A DNA stretch of 64,000 nt from Vezdaea acicularis. Its lineage: Eukaryota. The position numbers were made by a program, and so were the translations under genes. Every line of letters starts with the position of its first letter. Within the stretch, counting starts at the first letter, position 1. The stretch lies in NCBI GenBank assembly GCA_026025075.1, contig JAPEUI010000032.1, positions 62,001 through 126,000 of the forward strand, read 5' to 3'. Positions 11,095-23,944 of the stretch are shown here, piece after piece. The notes under the pieces were generated by a model that worked only from the letters and a program-made list of their open reading frames with translations, had not been told where the DNA came from and ran no database searches.

Positions 11095-13341
11095 ATGTCT
11101 GTGCAAGCAAAAAAATACAAACTACGCCCTCTCCCCTTGGGAAAAACAATCAAGGCAAACCAATCAGACGCATTTGTTGCGTATCTTTCCTATAATTCGT
11201 TGCTGCAGCTAAAAATCAAGGATGGCGACGCATGCTCGCTATGGCAAGAAGGCGGATCCCCAAAGCGCACTATAACCGTGTCAAAAGCGCCGGAGAAGTT
11301 GCAGGACACCGTGGTTCAAACTTCCACAACTCTACAGCATTGTTATAAGCTCAGCCTTGGAGACCCCGTTTTCATTGAGAAGAAGAATGACGAAATACAT
11401 GCAGCAAAGCTTGTATCATTCGAGCATGTATCAGACTCTGGCGAGGAACCCATATCACCCGATGATATTCCCCTCTGGGAGCTACTGCTCCAGAAAACCT
11501 GCTTTTCCACCTCTTTCTTATGTCCTGGAATGTTGATCGAAGTTCAAGCAGTAGATGAGAGGCGCAAATTCAAGATTAGCTCGATCAGGGCCACTAGAGA
11601 TGGTCAGCACGCTGAGTTCAATATCGGATCGACGCCAGACCTAGCAAGGTTCGGAAGGTATTCTACCAAAGTCCGAATTTCGCAAGGTGACCATAGCTTT
11701 CCTCCTCTACGGTTTGTCGGGGATACCATAGGTGGCTTGAGAGAGCAGGTGCAGAACATCACCTACCGCTTGGCGGCATTAGAGAATAACGGGAGGTTTC
11801 CTAAGCAACTAAAGCGATTTGGCTTCTTCCTTCACGGCCCTTCGGGTACTGGCAAGAGCCTTATTATCTCAAAAATTGTTTCCTCTAGTTGGGGCCCGGG
11901 TTTTAGTCTAGACCGATCACGCGCAGTCGGGAGGTATGTAGGTGAATCGAAAGATTCGATCAGCAAACTCTTCGCACAAGCCAAGTCGTGTCCTAGAAGT
12001 ATCATTATTCTGGATCAATTGGATGAGATTGCACCCGCAAAAGATGAGCATGGGATTGGGTCAATTTTATGCGATGAGATTGATCAACTACATGAATCGG
12101 ACAGTATGGTACTTATTCTAGCTGCCGCACGGAGGCCGAACGATATTTACCCTTCGTTGAGGTCCGTCAAAAGGTTGAGCATTGAGATTGAATTTCCGAC
12201 ACCCTCACCTGAAACTCGTGCGGAGATTCTTGGGCATATACTCGGTGGTATGAACTATGATCCAGGCATTCTGATGGAGCTTTCTGGTCGAACACATGGC
12301 TTCGTTGGGTCCGATCTAGAATTTCTTGTCCAGGAGGCCTGTGCCGAAGCCTGCATGCGGCTGAAAAAATTTGACTTAAATACTTCTGGGAACCTCGACT
12401 ACGAGGATAGCCAGAATCGCGGGCAGAACAATGAGGTTATCTTCCAGGACGCTCTGCAGCTTGAGGATTTCGAGCGATCCCTTCGAGGGATAAGGCCTTC
12501 GGTAATGCGGGAACTATACCTAGAAACTCCTAAGGTACAGTGGACAGATATTGGTGGCCAATCTCACGTGAAGAAAATACTCCAGAGAGCTGTGGAGTGG
12601 CCATTGAAATATCCAACAAAGATGCAGAAATTCGGTATCAGACCAAAAACCGGGGTCTTGTTATACGGACCGCCAGGCTGCTCCAAGACCTTGACAGCAA
12701 GAGCCTTAGCTACGGAGGCTGGGCTGAACTTCATTTCCGTTAAAGGGGCAGAGCTTATTAATATGTATGTTGGAGAATCCGAAAGAGCCATTAGAGACAT
12801 CTTCTCGAAGGCCCGAGCTGCAAGTCCAAGCATTATCTTTTTTGACGAGATTGATGCGATAGCTAGTGCCAGAGGAGGGAGAGGTAATGGGCTTAATGTC
12901 GTTACAACACTGTTAACTGAGATGGATGGCATGCAAGTACTGAAGGGGGTGATGGTCCTAGCCGCAACAAATAAGCCTGAGCTACTTGACCCAGCATTGC
13001 TGCGGCCAGGTCGTCTAGACTCGATTCTATACGTAGGACCGCCTGATCTCGAAGCACGTAAAGAGACATTAGAAATCAAGATGAAGCAAATGGCCATCGC
13101 AGAGAGTGTTGATGTTGACAGATTAGCCAGAATCACGGAAGGATACACAGGAGCCGAGATTGTTAATATATGCGAAGAGGCAGGCCAAATAGCATTTACA
13201 GAGTGTATTGAAAACGGGGCAAAAGAGGAGATTAGTATGTTGCATTTCGAGGAGGCTTTGAAAGTAGTCAAACCACAGATTTCAGAGGCAGAAGCCGAGA
13301 GGTACGGCGCGTGGTCTGTTGGCAGCGTAAAGAAGCTATGA
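11095..13341 (+). CDS. AFG2: Type II AAA ATPase AFG2/Drg1 (pre-60S maturation)
   Basis: Two AAA modules. D2 Walker A GPPGCSKT is typical of Drg1/SPATA5, with Walker B IIFFDEID and ALLRPGRLD. First ATG at 11095. Intronless. Confidence 0.9.
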   Translation: MSVQAKKYKLRPLPLGKTIKANQSDAFVAYLSYNSLLQLKIKDGDACSLWQEGGSPKRTITVSKAPEKLQDTVVQTSTTLQHCYKLSLGDPVFIEKKNDEIHAAKLVSFEHVSDSGEEPISPDDIPLWELLLQKTCFSTSFLCPGMLIEVQAVDERRKFKISSIRATRDGQHAEFNIGSTPDLARFGRYSTKVRISQGDHSFPPLRFVGDTIGGLREQVQNITYRLAALENNGRFPKQLKRFGFFLHGPSGTGKSLIISKIVSSSWGPGFSLDRSRAVGRYVGESKDSISKLFAQAKSCPRSIIILDQLDEIAPAKDEHGIGSILCDEIDQLHESDSMVLILAAARRPNDIYPSLRSVKRLSIEIEFPTPSPETRAEILGHILGGMNYDPGILMELSGRTHGFVGSDLEFLVQEACAEACMRLKKFDLNTSGNLDYEDSQNRGQNNEVIFQDALQLEDFERSLRGIRPSVMRELYLETPKVQWTDIGGQSHVKKILQRAVEWPLKYPTKMQKFGIRPKTGVLLYGPPGCSKTLTARALATEAGLNFISVKGAELINMYVGESERAIRDIFSKARAASPSIIFFDEIDAIASARGGRGNGLNVVTTLLTEMDGMQVLKGVMVLAATNKPELLDPALLRPGRLDSILYVGPPDLEARKETLEIKMKQMAIAESVDVDRLARITEGYTGAEIVNICEEAGQIAFTECIENGAKEEISMLHFEEALKVVKPQISEAEAERYGAWSVGSVKKL

Positions 13342-13522
13342 AGCCTAGAATATGGAATATCTGATTCTCCTTACATAGTACATAAGAGAAGATGCCGACG
13401 CGAGAGTCTAGATGCCATAGTTAGGTGGATTATGTTTGCTCCCAGGAAAAAATTGCAAGGATCATAAGATGCTCGAAGGCTACAACTTGATATTTTGGAA
13501 AAGCGGCTGTAGAGAAACTCAA

Positions 13523-13610
13523 GCCCCTTTAGCTCAGTTGGTAGAGCGCGTCACTAGTACTTACCTGACAAGGTATGACGAGGTCGCCGGTTCGACTCCG
13601 TCAGGGGGCA
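13523..13610 (+). tRNA. tRNA-Thr(AGT) with a 15-nt intron
   Basis: Acceptor stem GCCCCTT/AGGGGGC, D arm GCTC/GAGC, anticodon stem CGTCA/TGACG. AGT at 13556-13558, intron 13560-13574 at the canonical 37/38 position, T loop TTCGACT. One C-T mismatch in the T stem. A T-run (Pol III terminator) lies near 13650. Confidence 0.93.
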
Positions 13611-13864
13611 CATGATAGAGACAATTGCGAGCTGGTCATTTGACCATTCTTTTTTTCAATTTGAATATAAAGCACGACCTACATTGATAGCTGGGGGCAT
13701 CGTCAGTCTTTGGGTAGGACGATCGCACGTCGTCGCGTGCGAAACGCTAAAAGCGTTTGCGGCAGGAGGCTCTCAAAACTACGACAACTTCACCAAACTC
13801 AACGTTTTGCCTCTCTTCCAAAGTCTAACACTCATTTCTAGCCAGTGACAATATATAGCCAGTA

Positions 13865-15013
13865 ATGACTTCACCAGCCTCAAGGTCAAGGTCTTTATCG
13901 AGAGGCCGTCCTCGTGAACGCTCGATCACGCCAGTCACAGCAGCAGCAGCAGTAGCAAGATCGCGGTCACCATCAAGGTCTCGCTCACCTCGTCGCTCAA
14001 TTTCGCCTCGTTCTCGATCACGAAGCTTGACACCCCGCGCTGAAAGGAATAGTCACGATCGAAATGGGGTCAGGAGCCGGCGGATTTATTCCAGAAGTCT
14101 TACCAGAAGTCTCTCAATAAGTAGGAGTCGAAGTCCTGTGCGAGAACCTGGCAGTCGCAAATATCGAGAACGGAGCTATTCGCGTAGTCTTAGTCGCAGT
14201 AGGAGTAAAACCCCTCCGAGAAGTTCAAAGGTACGTAAGGCATGATATTTGCGTCATATGAGTGCGTGCTGGGCATGTAGCTTACAATCTAAAGGTGGTT
14301 GTAGAGAAGCTTACGAAAAATGTCAATGAGGGACATCTACAAGAGATATTTGGTGTCTATGGCCCAATCAAAGAGCTTGACATGCCCATGAACCGCCAAT
14401 GTAAGTACTCTACGTTCTACCCGTGGGATTTTCTTTGACAACCAAAATGGTAGTCATGACCAATCGCGGAACAGCCTATATTCTCTACGAAGACACCCTT
14501 GACGCCGAAGCCGCCATTTCCCACATGCACGAAGCCCAACTCGACGGCGCCATAATTCATGTGTCAATAGTTCTCCCCCGCCGAAAGTTCTCACGCTCTC
14601 CGCCTCCTGCAAAACGCGGAGTACCAAACTTTGAACGCTTTGAACAACGAGGGCCACCAGGGGGATATCGCGGGCCTCCTCCGGGTCCTCCAGGAGCTGG
14701 TGCGGGTAGATATAGGTCACCACCACCAAGGCGTGATAGAGCAAGAGGATATGAGAGACCTGCTGGAGGAAGAGGGCGGGATTTCGATCGATACAGACCT
14801 CGCTCTGCATCTCGATCCCGGTCGCGGTCACCATATCGTCGAAGTCGGTCTAGATCTTACACCAGGTCGAGGTCGCCACCAAGAAGAAGGTATGGAGGAG
14901 GAAGAAGAGATAGCCCTCCGCGGGGTCGTCGCCATCGCAGCCCAAGCTATACCAGCTCTAGTAATTATAGTCGGAGCCGCAGCAGGGATCGTGGTGGAAG
15001 AGCAAGGCGCTGA
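13865..15013 (+). CDS. RNPS1: SR-rich RRM protein, RNPS1/SR45-like
   Basis: Exons 13865-14230, 14295-14400, 14454-15013. RRM KVVVEKLTKNVNEGHLQEIFG...NRGTAYILY...AISHMHEAQLDGA, flanked by RS/RP-rich tails. Confidence 0.85.
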
Positions 15014-15372
15014 TGGAGTTGTGCTTCATGATCATTGAGTGGGCTTGGCTTTTTAGCAGCCTTACAAAAGTGTTAGCTAGCTTGCATGCTTGAGCTTGAG
15101 TGCTTGGATTGTACTACCAGGGTTAGGCTGTAGCGCTGTTTGAATCGAAAGCTTTATATCTCACAGATGTTGGCCGGCGCCCTTGCACTAAAATCGTATG
15201 TCTTTAAAACTGAAAAGGTGTGAAGGAAGTTCACGAAACAAAGTCATTTGAACCTATGGGCAGGACCTTCAAATTCGCCTTCGAGGCCTAATATGGAGTT
15301 TACAGCATGATTCGCAAGCCGGGCCCCAGAACGTATTATACATTTCAAATACCGCTATGCTCATCTCACAAA

Positions 15373-16658
15373 CTACTTCCATAACTTGCTCAGACTCATT
15401 TGCTTGTCATCGTGCTTGTTCAGGACCTTCGCTGTCGCCAAATCAAAGTCCTCCTGCGTAACATGAACACGCCTTTCTCGCAGGGCATACATCCCTGCCT
15501 CTGTGCAAACACCCTTCAACTCAGCTCCAGAGCACCCATTCATCTTTTCCGCTATCTTGGCAAGATTGATCCCTCGGGTAAGATTCATACTTCGGCTGTG
15601 GATCCGTAAAATGTCTGCCCTAGCCTCTACTGTTGGCGGTGGGAACTCAATCTTTCGGTCAATACGCCCAGGCCGGAGTAAAGCAGGATCGAGGATATCA
15701 AGACGGTTCGTTGCCATGATAACTTTTATGTTCTTGGTCGGTTCGAAGCCGTCCAGCTGATTGAGAAGCTCCAACATTGTTCGTTGAACCTCAGAGTCAC
15801 CTCCTGAAGACCCTTCTACCCGCGATGAGCCGATGCTATCAATCTCGTCCATGAAGATAATACTTGGTGCGTGCTCTCGCGCCATTACGAATAGCTCTCG
15901 AACCATACGACTCCCCTCGCCGATATATTTTTGCACAAGTTCGGAACCTGACACCCGAATAAACTTACAATCTGTGTGATGTGCCACAGCACGCGCTAGT
16001 AGAGTTTTGCCCGTCCCCGGTGGTCCATAGAGCAGGACTCCTTTGGGTTGAGCAATCCCTAGCGATTCGAAGAGCTCCGGGTGCTTCAAGCCAAGTTCGA
16101 TCACTTCTTTGATCTCCTTAATCTGCTGATCGAGGCCACCAATCATATCGTATGTGCTGTCTGGAACTTTCTCTACCATCATGAGAGAGACAAGGGGGTC
16201 CACGCTGGAAGGAAGAAGCTTTTCGAGTTTGTAGGTATCGCTGAGAAGAGTAACCCGTTTACCCACTGTGAGTTTCGATATGTCGACCGTGTCTGAGACA
16301 TCGACAACTTGAGACGATCATTAGCTATGCATAGTAGTAACAGAGTGACAGCCCTGCATACCATATTTGCCTTCTGGGTGAACCTTGACTAAGACCTTTT
16401 TTGTGCCCATAACTTTCACAACTTCGCCAACGTACGATCCAGGTTGTTGAAGCAAGCCGAGTTCTTCTCGTAATAGCCTAACTACATGAATTCATGTCAG
16501 TATCTCCTTCAGGGTCTGTTAGTAACCTAGCACAGCGCCCTACCTCTGGAGTTGTAATCATTCCGCTGCGCTTCTAATCGTCTCAAAACTGCTTGTCCCT
16601 GTATGATCTCGAGCTTCATGCTCTCAATTTTGTTGTGGAAAAAGCTGTCCAGCGCCAT
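15373..16658 (-). CDS. RPT6: 26S proteasome regulatory ATPase subunit Rpt6
   Basis: Exons 16658-16544, 16481-16362, 16307-15373. Motifs [53 protein letters not shown] and C-terminal KLWK. Confidence 0.97.
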
Positions 16659-17329
16659 GTTTGACTTGTTTTGTCTGGGAAAGTGATAGCTGGCAAGGAG
16701 AAGGCAGCACACAAGACTTGAGGAGAATCAAAACTATCTATGTAGCGGAAGGCAAACATAGCTCTTTGGCGATCCCAAGCGGTAAACTCGCTTCTCTTCG
16801 AATCTTCAACCACATGTTTAGACGCGCAATAGACGCCACAAACGTATGATATTTTATAGCCCATGCAGGGGAATTCAGATCAATGAAGATTTGAGTAATG
16901 ATGTTCCTCAATTAGCTCTATTCAAAGACGATATCGCAGATTCCTGCGATTAGGGGAAGCTCGAATTGTTGACATTCGTCATGTTTCTCGCGTGCTTCTA
17001 GTGATAACATCCCGACGCATATCGTTCGCACCTGCAGAACTTTGAGCTCACATGGACAGGTCATTCGACAAATTTGGAAAAATTTCGTAACTCTTTGGTA
17101 TCATCTTGCAAGTCTTCCACGAGATACGCCTAGGGCCCCGGCCTTATCCCTATGATGCGCGTTCGTCCATACGCTAGATCGTAAGATCAGCGTTCCGATC
17201 AACTGTGTGGATTGTGCGAGCTCTAAAGTCTGGCAAGGAAAGCAATAGTAGTGCATCCAATCTGATATTCACCATTCGATCCTTAGATCTCAAGTATTGC
17301 TTGTAAAGGACCTAAGAGGAACCGCAATC

Positions 17330-20300
17330 ATGTCTGGAAGTGGCGATTCGGGGAATCCTAAGGGATCCGGTGATTCTTCTTCATCTTCTCGACATAGTCA
17401 ACGCTCCGCGGCCGTGTCACCTACAGATCCAAGGCGGTTTCAATCTATAATTACAGAAGAGAGTGAGGAGCCCGAAGAGCCTGCCGGGAGTGAGCAAATA
17501 GGTACGGTGCGAAGCCAGCGTAGCCATGTACCTAGTGGAGGAACTTATGGTGCACATTCCTTCCTATCCACAGTAAAAAGATCACTAACACCCTTTCTAA
17601 CACAGGCTCTCTGGCGTCATTTGCAACGGCTCAAGCAGATCAACCTAGTAGTGGTTCTCAAACTGATACAGTGACTGCTTCTGATCGTAACGTCCAACCT
17701 CGAATGGGTTCAGAATCTTCATCGATTAATCAACAGAACCTATCTCAAGAGCCAACTGCTCCATCCCCGAAGGCGAAAAAGCCACCCTTGGCTCGGCGAG
17801 CTTCGTCACGCCACCGAGGCCAAGAGTTCTCCGTGGATGACGATCCAGTTGAGTACGAAGAGGATCAGGCAAAGAGACACGGCCCCACAGCCCCTCATAG
17901 CCACGGACATGTACGGAGAATGCCATCGACATTACGGCGGCGACCAACTGTACAACCGTCCACGCTCGCGCGAGTTGATTCCTACCGAGAGGGCGAAGAA
18001 GCGGAGCAGAGAGCAGCTGGAGAGGCCGCCCACGGCGTAGAGGAAAATAGCCCAAACACTGGTGACTCAGGCGAAGAAGGCACTATTCGGGCTGCCGATT
18101 CCGGAGATGGGTGCATCGAAGACGAAGTGGATGATGAAGATAGCGTGAGCGACGCTGAGAGTTTCACACTCAAGGATAAGCAGGATGCTATCAATGAGAC
18201 ACATCCGTTCGGTATCAGAATCTGGAAGCCTGCGCTCTACAGAAAGGATAGATCCGTTCAAAAGACCGCCGAAGGTGACATACACTCTTCACCGGGTGGC
18301 AAAGTCAGCCGATGGCTCTTCTTGTTCAACATCCTCTGGACTATACTCTTCGGATGGTGGTTAGCACTCGCGGCTGCTGTTGGCGCTATTGTCTGCCTTG
18401 TCTTTGGGTTTGCACCTGGTAGTATGGAGTATGGTGGAGTCCTGATTGGCCTAGCTAGATATGTCCTATTCCCGTTCGGACTTTTTGTACGGTTAGATCA
18501 GGATGATGCATATGCAGACGAAGATGAAGGCGAAGGCCGGAGTATCAGTGAATACGAGCAATGGCAGAGTGGAGATCTCGAGGACGGGCGTCTGTTCTTT
18601 GGACCCGTCTCTACGCGGTCGATAGTTGGGCGACGAAGGAACAGCCTTGAATCGGCAAGTGAGAATGACAGTCTCCTTGGAAGAAATGCTAGAACTGAGC
18701 AAAGCGACGATGCCCAGGTCAAGCAGAAGCGGCGGTTCTTTGGAAGGGGTGAATGGACTGTCGGAAGAGTCATATTTTTCATCTTCTTCTATGGTCTGAT
18801 CACCCCTGGCCTTTTCTTTGCATCTGCCATGTGCTGGTTGATGGTTTTCTGGATCCCCATGGGGAAGGTAACCTTACTTCTTTTCTACCATCTCCGACGG
18901 CATCCTTTGGCCCTCTCATTTCATGCGGATTCAGCATATTCTCGAAGACCTGGGTCCTCTTCTTCGTCTATTCTTGTCTGCACTTATCGTGCAGTAGGTA
19001 TGAAATACTGGAAGTATACAGTGGATGGAACGAACATCATTCTCATTGATCTCATGGGGATTGTGCTTTTCGTTATTTTTGATTACTGGATCCTTAAAGT
19101 CGCGCTAGGGCTTGACCTAGGAATCACGCACCCGGCGTTCATATTCACTCTCTCAATTTGTTCTATCATCCCTTTGGCATACTTCATTGGCCAAGCGGTC
19201 GCTTCTATCTCGGCTCAATCTTCCATGGGTGTTGGCGCCGCAATTAACGCATTCTTCTCTACGCTTGTTGAGGTGTTCCTTTATTGTGTAGCATTAAACC
19301 AAGGCAAAGGACAGCTAGTGGAAGGCAGTCTTGTCGGCAGCATCTTTGCTGGCATTCTTTTTCTTCCAGGCATATCAATGTGCTTTGGAGCTCTGAAGAG
19401 GAAGACGCAGCGATTCAACGCCAAGTCAGCAGGGGTCACGTCGACGATGTTGCTATTCGCCGTCATTGCAGCATTTGGCCCGACCTTATTCTACCAGATA
19501 TATGGCACACATGAGTTGAATTGTAGGACTTGCGTTGATACCTTGGATGGAGATAAAAGAGACTGTCGTCGGTGCTACTTTTCGCAGGTTCCTGCGGTCA
19601 ATGACAGATTCTTTGTCCAAGCTGTACGGCCCTACTGCTGGTTTGCTGCGAGTTTACTCTTCTTATCATACATCATCGGCCTCTGGTTCACCCTCCGGAC
19701 TCACGCTGCTAATATCTGGGCGCTCGAGCCGGATGAAAAGAAAGTACCTCAAACTACGGGATCAACGCCAAATACAAACGCGTTGCAGCCACCCGATCAT
19801 AGAGGCTCGACTAGCAGTGCTCATTACAACGCACTAACTAGACAAAATACAAGTGGTACGATTGAGACAAGCGCCACTATCCGTGATTCTCAGCTATATA
19901 AACGAATCCTTGGCCAGTCACTAAGGCAAATTAGCATCCCATCAAGGCTGTCCGAAGAGAGTCGGAATCCACAGTTGCCAAACTCAGCCCTACCGCTCCA
20001 TATCGTCCCACCACGAAGCAGTGGGGGGGATACAACCAAAAGTGTGGGGAGCTCAAGTCCAAGAAGCATGCACATCACTGGCTTCTCAGATGAGCAAAAC
20101 CAAGATCTCGTCCGTAATGTGGCTGAATTAGCCGCAACGGCAGCCACCGTGGCTGCTAGAGACGCCGTCCGCAATCCTCGAAAGACTTCTTTAGGCTCCC
20201 ACGTCCCAAGTCATCGCCCACACCTTCCGAAAACTATCACTTTAGCCCCTGGCCATGAACACGATGAGGCTCTCCATTCTGAACATGGCGCTCAGGGTGG

Positions 20301-21029
20301 TGGGCATGACGCACCCAATTGGAGTCGAGCAAAGAGTTCCATCGTTTTGCTTGGAGCCACGGTTTTGTATGGTCTCATTGCCGAGATCCTCGTAAATACG
20401 GTGGATGTTGTGCTCGAAAGTGTCGATATCGACGAGAAATTCTTAGGTATCACGCTCTTTGCGCTAGTACCCAATACCACGGAATTCTTGGTCAGTAATA
20501 CTTTAGGCGCGCTTTACTGTATCCCACAAGCTAATCATCTCCTTAGAATGCCATATCTTTTGCGATGAATGGCAACATTGCATTATCAATGGAGATTGGA
20601 TCTGCTTATGCTTTACAAGTCTGTCTCCTGCAAATACCGGCCCTTGTCTTATTCAGCGCTGTTCATGGCCGATTCATAGACCCTCAAGACCTTGCGGATC
20701 ACACTTTCAAGTAAGCGCACTAAAAAAACTAAGCTGATAGATGCAGCTAATGATCTGTTCCTAGCCTGATCTTCCCACAATGGGACATGGTCACTGTGAT
20801 CCTTTGTGTTTTCCTCCTCAGCTATATGTATGGCGAGGGAAAGAGCAACTACTTTAAAGGCAGTATCCTAATCCTCAGCTATTTGGTGGTTGTCGTTGGC
20901 TTCTACTTCAGTGGTATGACGGATCAAGATTTCATGGGAATCGATAGATTCGATACTCTTGGGGTTAGCCCCTACACCTCTGAGACTTTCAAGACCATAG
21001 GTCGTCCTAAGGCAGGACCAGCTTTTTGA
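17330..21029 (+). CDS. VNX1: Vacuolar cation/H+ exchanger, Vnx1-type CAX
   Basis: Exons 17330-17549, 17606-20490, 20547-20710, 20765-21029. Motifs INETHPFGIRIWKPALY, NILWTILFGWWLA, GAAINAFFST, LVPNTTEFLNAISFAMNGNIALSMEIGS and EGKSNYFKG. Confidence 0.93.
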
Positions 21030-21392
21030 TTCGCCATGTGCTGCCTGCATGGAGATACTTGCGTTCATGCATTTTGCTTCTGTTAGTAGCGCGGCGTTAT
21101 CGCACAGGACGGAGCTTGCGGAACTGGTTTGGACTAAACAGGGCGAGGACCAAAATAATTAATTTCTGGAGTGCCATCAAGCATTAACATAGGGTTTTAT
21201 TGGAGTAACCGAGCGGCGAAATGTTCATATAGTAATCGAAATCCGGGCCACGCCCCCATGCCTTAAATGCTCATGAAGAAAATCTTCGGGTATTATGCAA
21301 TCACAAACTTGATGAGCCCTGTCGAAACATATCATTGTCACTTAGCCGGTGAAGTCCTTCATTTCATTTGCTTAGATATGCTCTTCTCATAC

Positions 21393-23300
21393 CTATATCT
21401 TCTCTATCTTATGCTTTCGCTCCTCTTTCTCGTGCTGATGTTCCTCCTTCTCGGCCTCATGTCTGACTTTCCTCAGCCTCCTCTCCTTCCTCCAACGTGG
21501 CCCATGCTTGATTACTACCAAAAGGACCGGCATTGAAGCCAAGCACACTAGAGCAATGAATGTAAACGCCCACCCCACGCCCATGCTCTTAATCATCAGT
21601 TGGATCACGGCTGTCGCGCCTGCACCAAGGAGGCAGCGGCACATGTTGTTGGCCGCAGTAGCCGTAGCGGGACTTTCAGGGTACAGATCGACGAGCATAG
21701 TAGAGAGTGTGTTGGAGTTACTCACAAAGCAGTAGCCAATAATTGTTTGTAGGATCAAGGGTGCGGGAAGGGGCGCGTGGCGATCCAACACCCAGCCGTA
21801 ACACAAATATGTTATAAATCCTATAATTAGGAAAGGCCAGGTCATACCGATTCTCGCCTTCTCGATAGGAAACGTAGTAAGGTCGTCGCCACGTTTGCGA
21901 TCAACGGTGATACCGTGCGCAAGAGCAGTCTTCTTCCAATGCCAATCTTGGACACGGCCATTGATGATAGCTGCAGCGATGCAGGCGAAGCCGAAGGGAA
22001 TGTAGCAAAGTCCGATTTGGAGGTCATTATAGTGATATATGTATGCAAATTGACTAGGAATAGTTGCCGTGAGATCGTACAAAGCTGCAAAGACGAGGGC
22101 ATTATATCCAAGAATTATAGAGATGTCCTTTTCGGCAATCTTAAGGCAGTGTCAGTGGACCGGCGGGAGAGCCAGAGTTCAATGCACTCACAATATGTAT
22201 GGCCTTCAGTGGATTTGGCAATCGAAACTTCCTCTTCTTGGCAAGTTCAACTTGCGCTAGACGTTTCTCTTCGCGAGATGTAGTGCGATTGAGTTGCCCA
22301 CTCTTCTCTAACTTCTGTTCTTTTCGCATATGAAGATAGTTCATGACTGACATGTTCCACCCCTGAGGGGGGACGGATCCATTCCCAACGACATTACGAC
22401 CCGTTTCTGGATATACTATTGCACACACAACAATATATATACCAGCCATGATGACCAGAAACCAGAAAATGGAGCGCCACCCAAGAAGTTGGGACAGAAC
22501 TCCTCCGATTACTGGTGCAATAGCTGGACCGACCTGATGAGTTGATTAGACAGGCTGTAGAAGGAAGCCTTCGAGTGCCACGTTACCATTGGGCCCATAA
22601 GTGCAGCTCCCATCCATACCCCACGCTCGCCGCTAGTTGCGATGTCTGCGACTACCCCAGTACCAATCGCTATTGTACCGCTGCTGCCAGTGCTCTGCAG
22701 CATCCGTAGAGTCAACAACGCTGGATATGAGCTCTGCAAGGCTAAGCCAAGATTTGCGCAGAAATATATCATGAGGCAAAGAAGATAAGTCTAAGTTTGA
22801 AGTCAGATGGAAGTAGAATAAGACGGGGTCAATAGGCTGACAGGTCTTCTTCCAATCATGTCAGCAAGATCTCCAAAAACAGTGGGGGCTATGCCCTGAA
22901 AGACCATATAAGTTGTTATAGTCAGATTGATCAACTCATTGCTAACGTTGTCGGCGGTCGCAAGGGTGTTAAGCACAGGAAAGTAAATACTGCTAGACAA
23001 GGGCGAGAAGAAACCAGCCCACGCAACCATGAATGTAATAAAGATTTTCTGACGTTTCGTGAATATTGTATACGGCGGTCTACCGGACGGTATAGACCCA
23101 AGGATTTCTGCATCTTGTTCTTCGACACTTCGAACAGTGGGTTGCCGTAAGATCAAATTAGGAGATGCAGAATCTAGATCTGCAGGATGCTCGGAAGGAT
23201 CCTTCGATGATATGCTGTCCCTGCGTTTAGTCTCATGCGGGGGCGCATTGAGTTCATTCTCCAATTGACCTTGATTATTAGATAGGAATGTAATGCTCAT
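21393..23300 (-). CDS. MFS drug:H+ antiporter (DHA1, QDR-like)
   Basis: Exons 23300-22842, 22790-22587, 22533-22192, 22139-21393. Motifs FFSPLSSSIYFPVL, GDLADMIGRRP, LRMLQSTGSSGT, GPAIAPVIGG, FPIEKAR and ATAANNMCRCLLGA. Confidence 0.92.
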
Positions 23301-23944
23301 AACTTGGATAGTTGTAGGAACAGTATGAGAATTGGAAATGAAAGGGACATCATATTCCTATATAACGCCACCACTACAATGCTACAACCATCAAATTCAA
23401 TGATTATCAGCCGACTAACCGATCGGCCTTTCGAAGACGGCCCTAAACGGCGTTAGTGCTGGGTCGGACCGAGCTTCTCATCCGTGTGAGACCTCTGATA
23501 ACCGTCAAAGGATAGGCTGCGATATCGGTCTCCATGAGTGAAGAGAACCTCTGCAGAGTAAGCAGATCCTATCTTTTCGTGGGGTCTTAATGACTTCAAG
23601 AAGATGGCAAGGGAAAGTCGGCTATGACCTCATTCTGTTCGCTTGTCCCCGTGAGGAGCATGTAATGGATACCTGGAAAAATTAGCTTTATTAAACATGC
23701 TCAAGACAACAAATAGATCGGGTTGTTTCCTTTGCTGCGAGTTCAAGGAGGCTCGCCTCGAGGCCACAAAGTACGCCTTAAGTGAAAGGAATAGAACTCA
23801 TGCGTCCGTCGTGCATATTCGAGGAGAGAGCATCTCAAATCGGCTAGAGCAAATGGAGGAAATCTGGGGGCGAAGCGAAGTCGAACTATCTCCAACCTCC
23901 AAAACCGTCTGTCCGCCAGCGATTTTAACACACTCACGTTTAGA

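Noticed and set aside
12564..13271. 235-aa antisense ORF inside AFG2, and similar ones inside ERG25, RPT6, BBC1, chitin synthase, the phytase-like gene, the second MFS and ADA2
   Set aside because: Shadow ORFs produced by codon bias on the sense strand. No recognisable motifs.
13327..13341. AFG2 C-terminal KKL as a peroxisomal PTS1, and readthrough-derived PTS1 in other genes
   Set aside because: KKL does not fit the [SAC][KRH]L consensus. The stop contexts I checked showed no TGA-CTA readthrough with a PTS1 extension.
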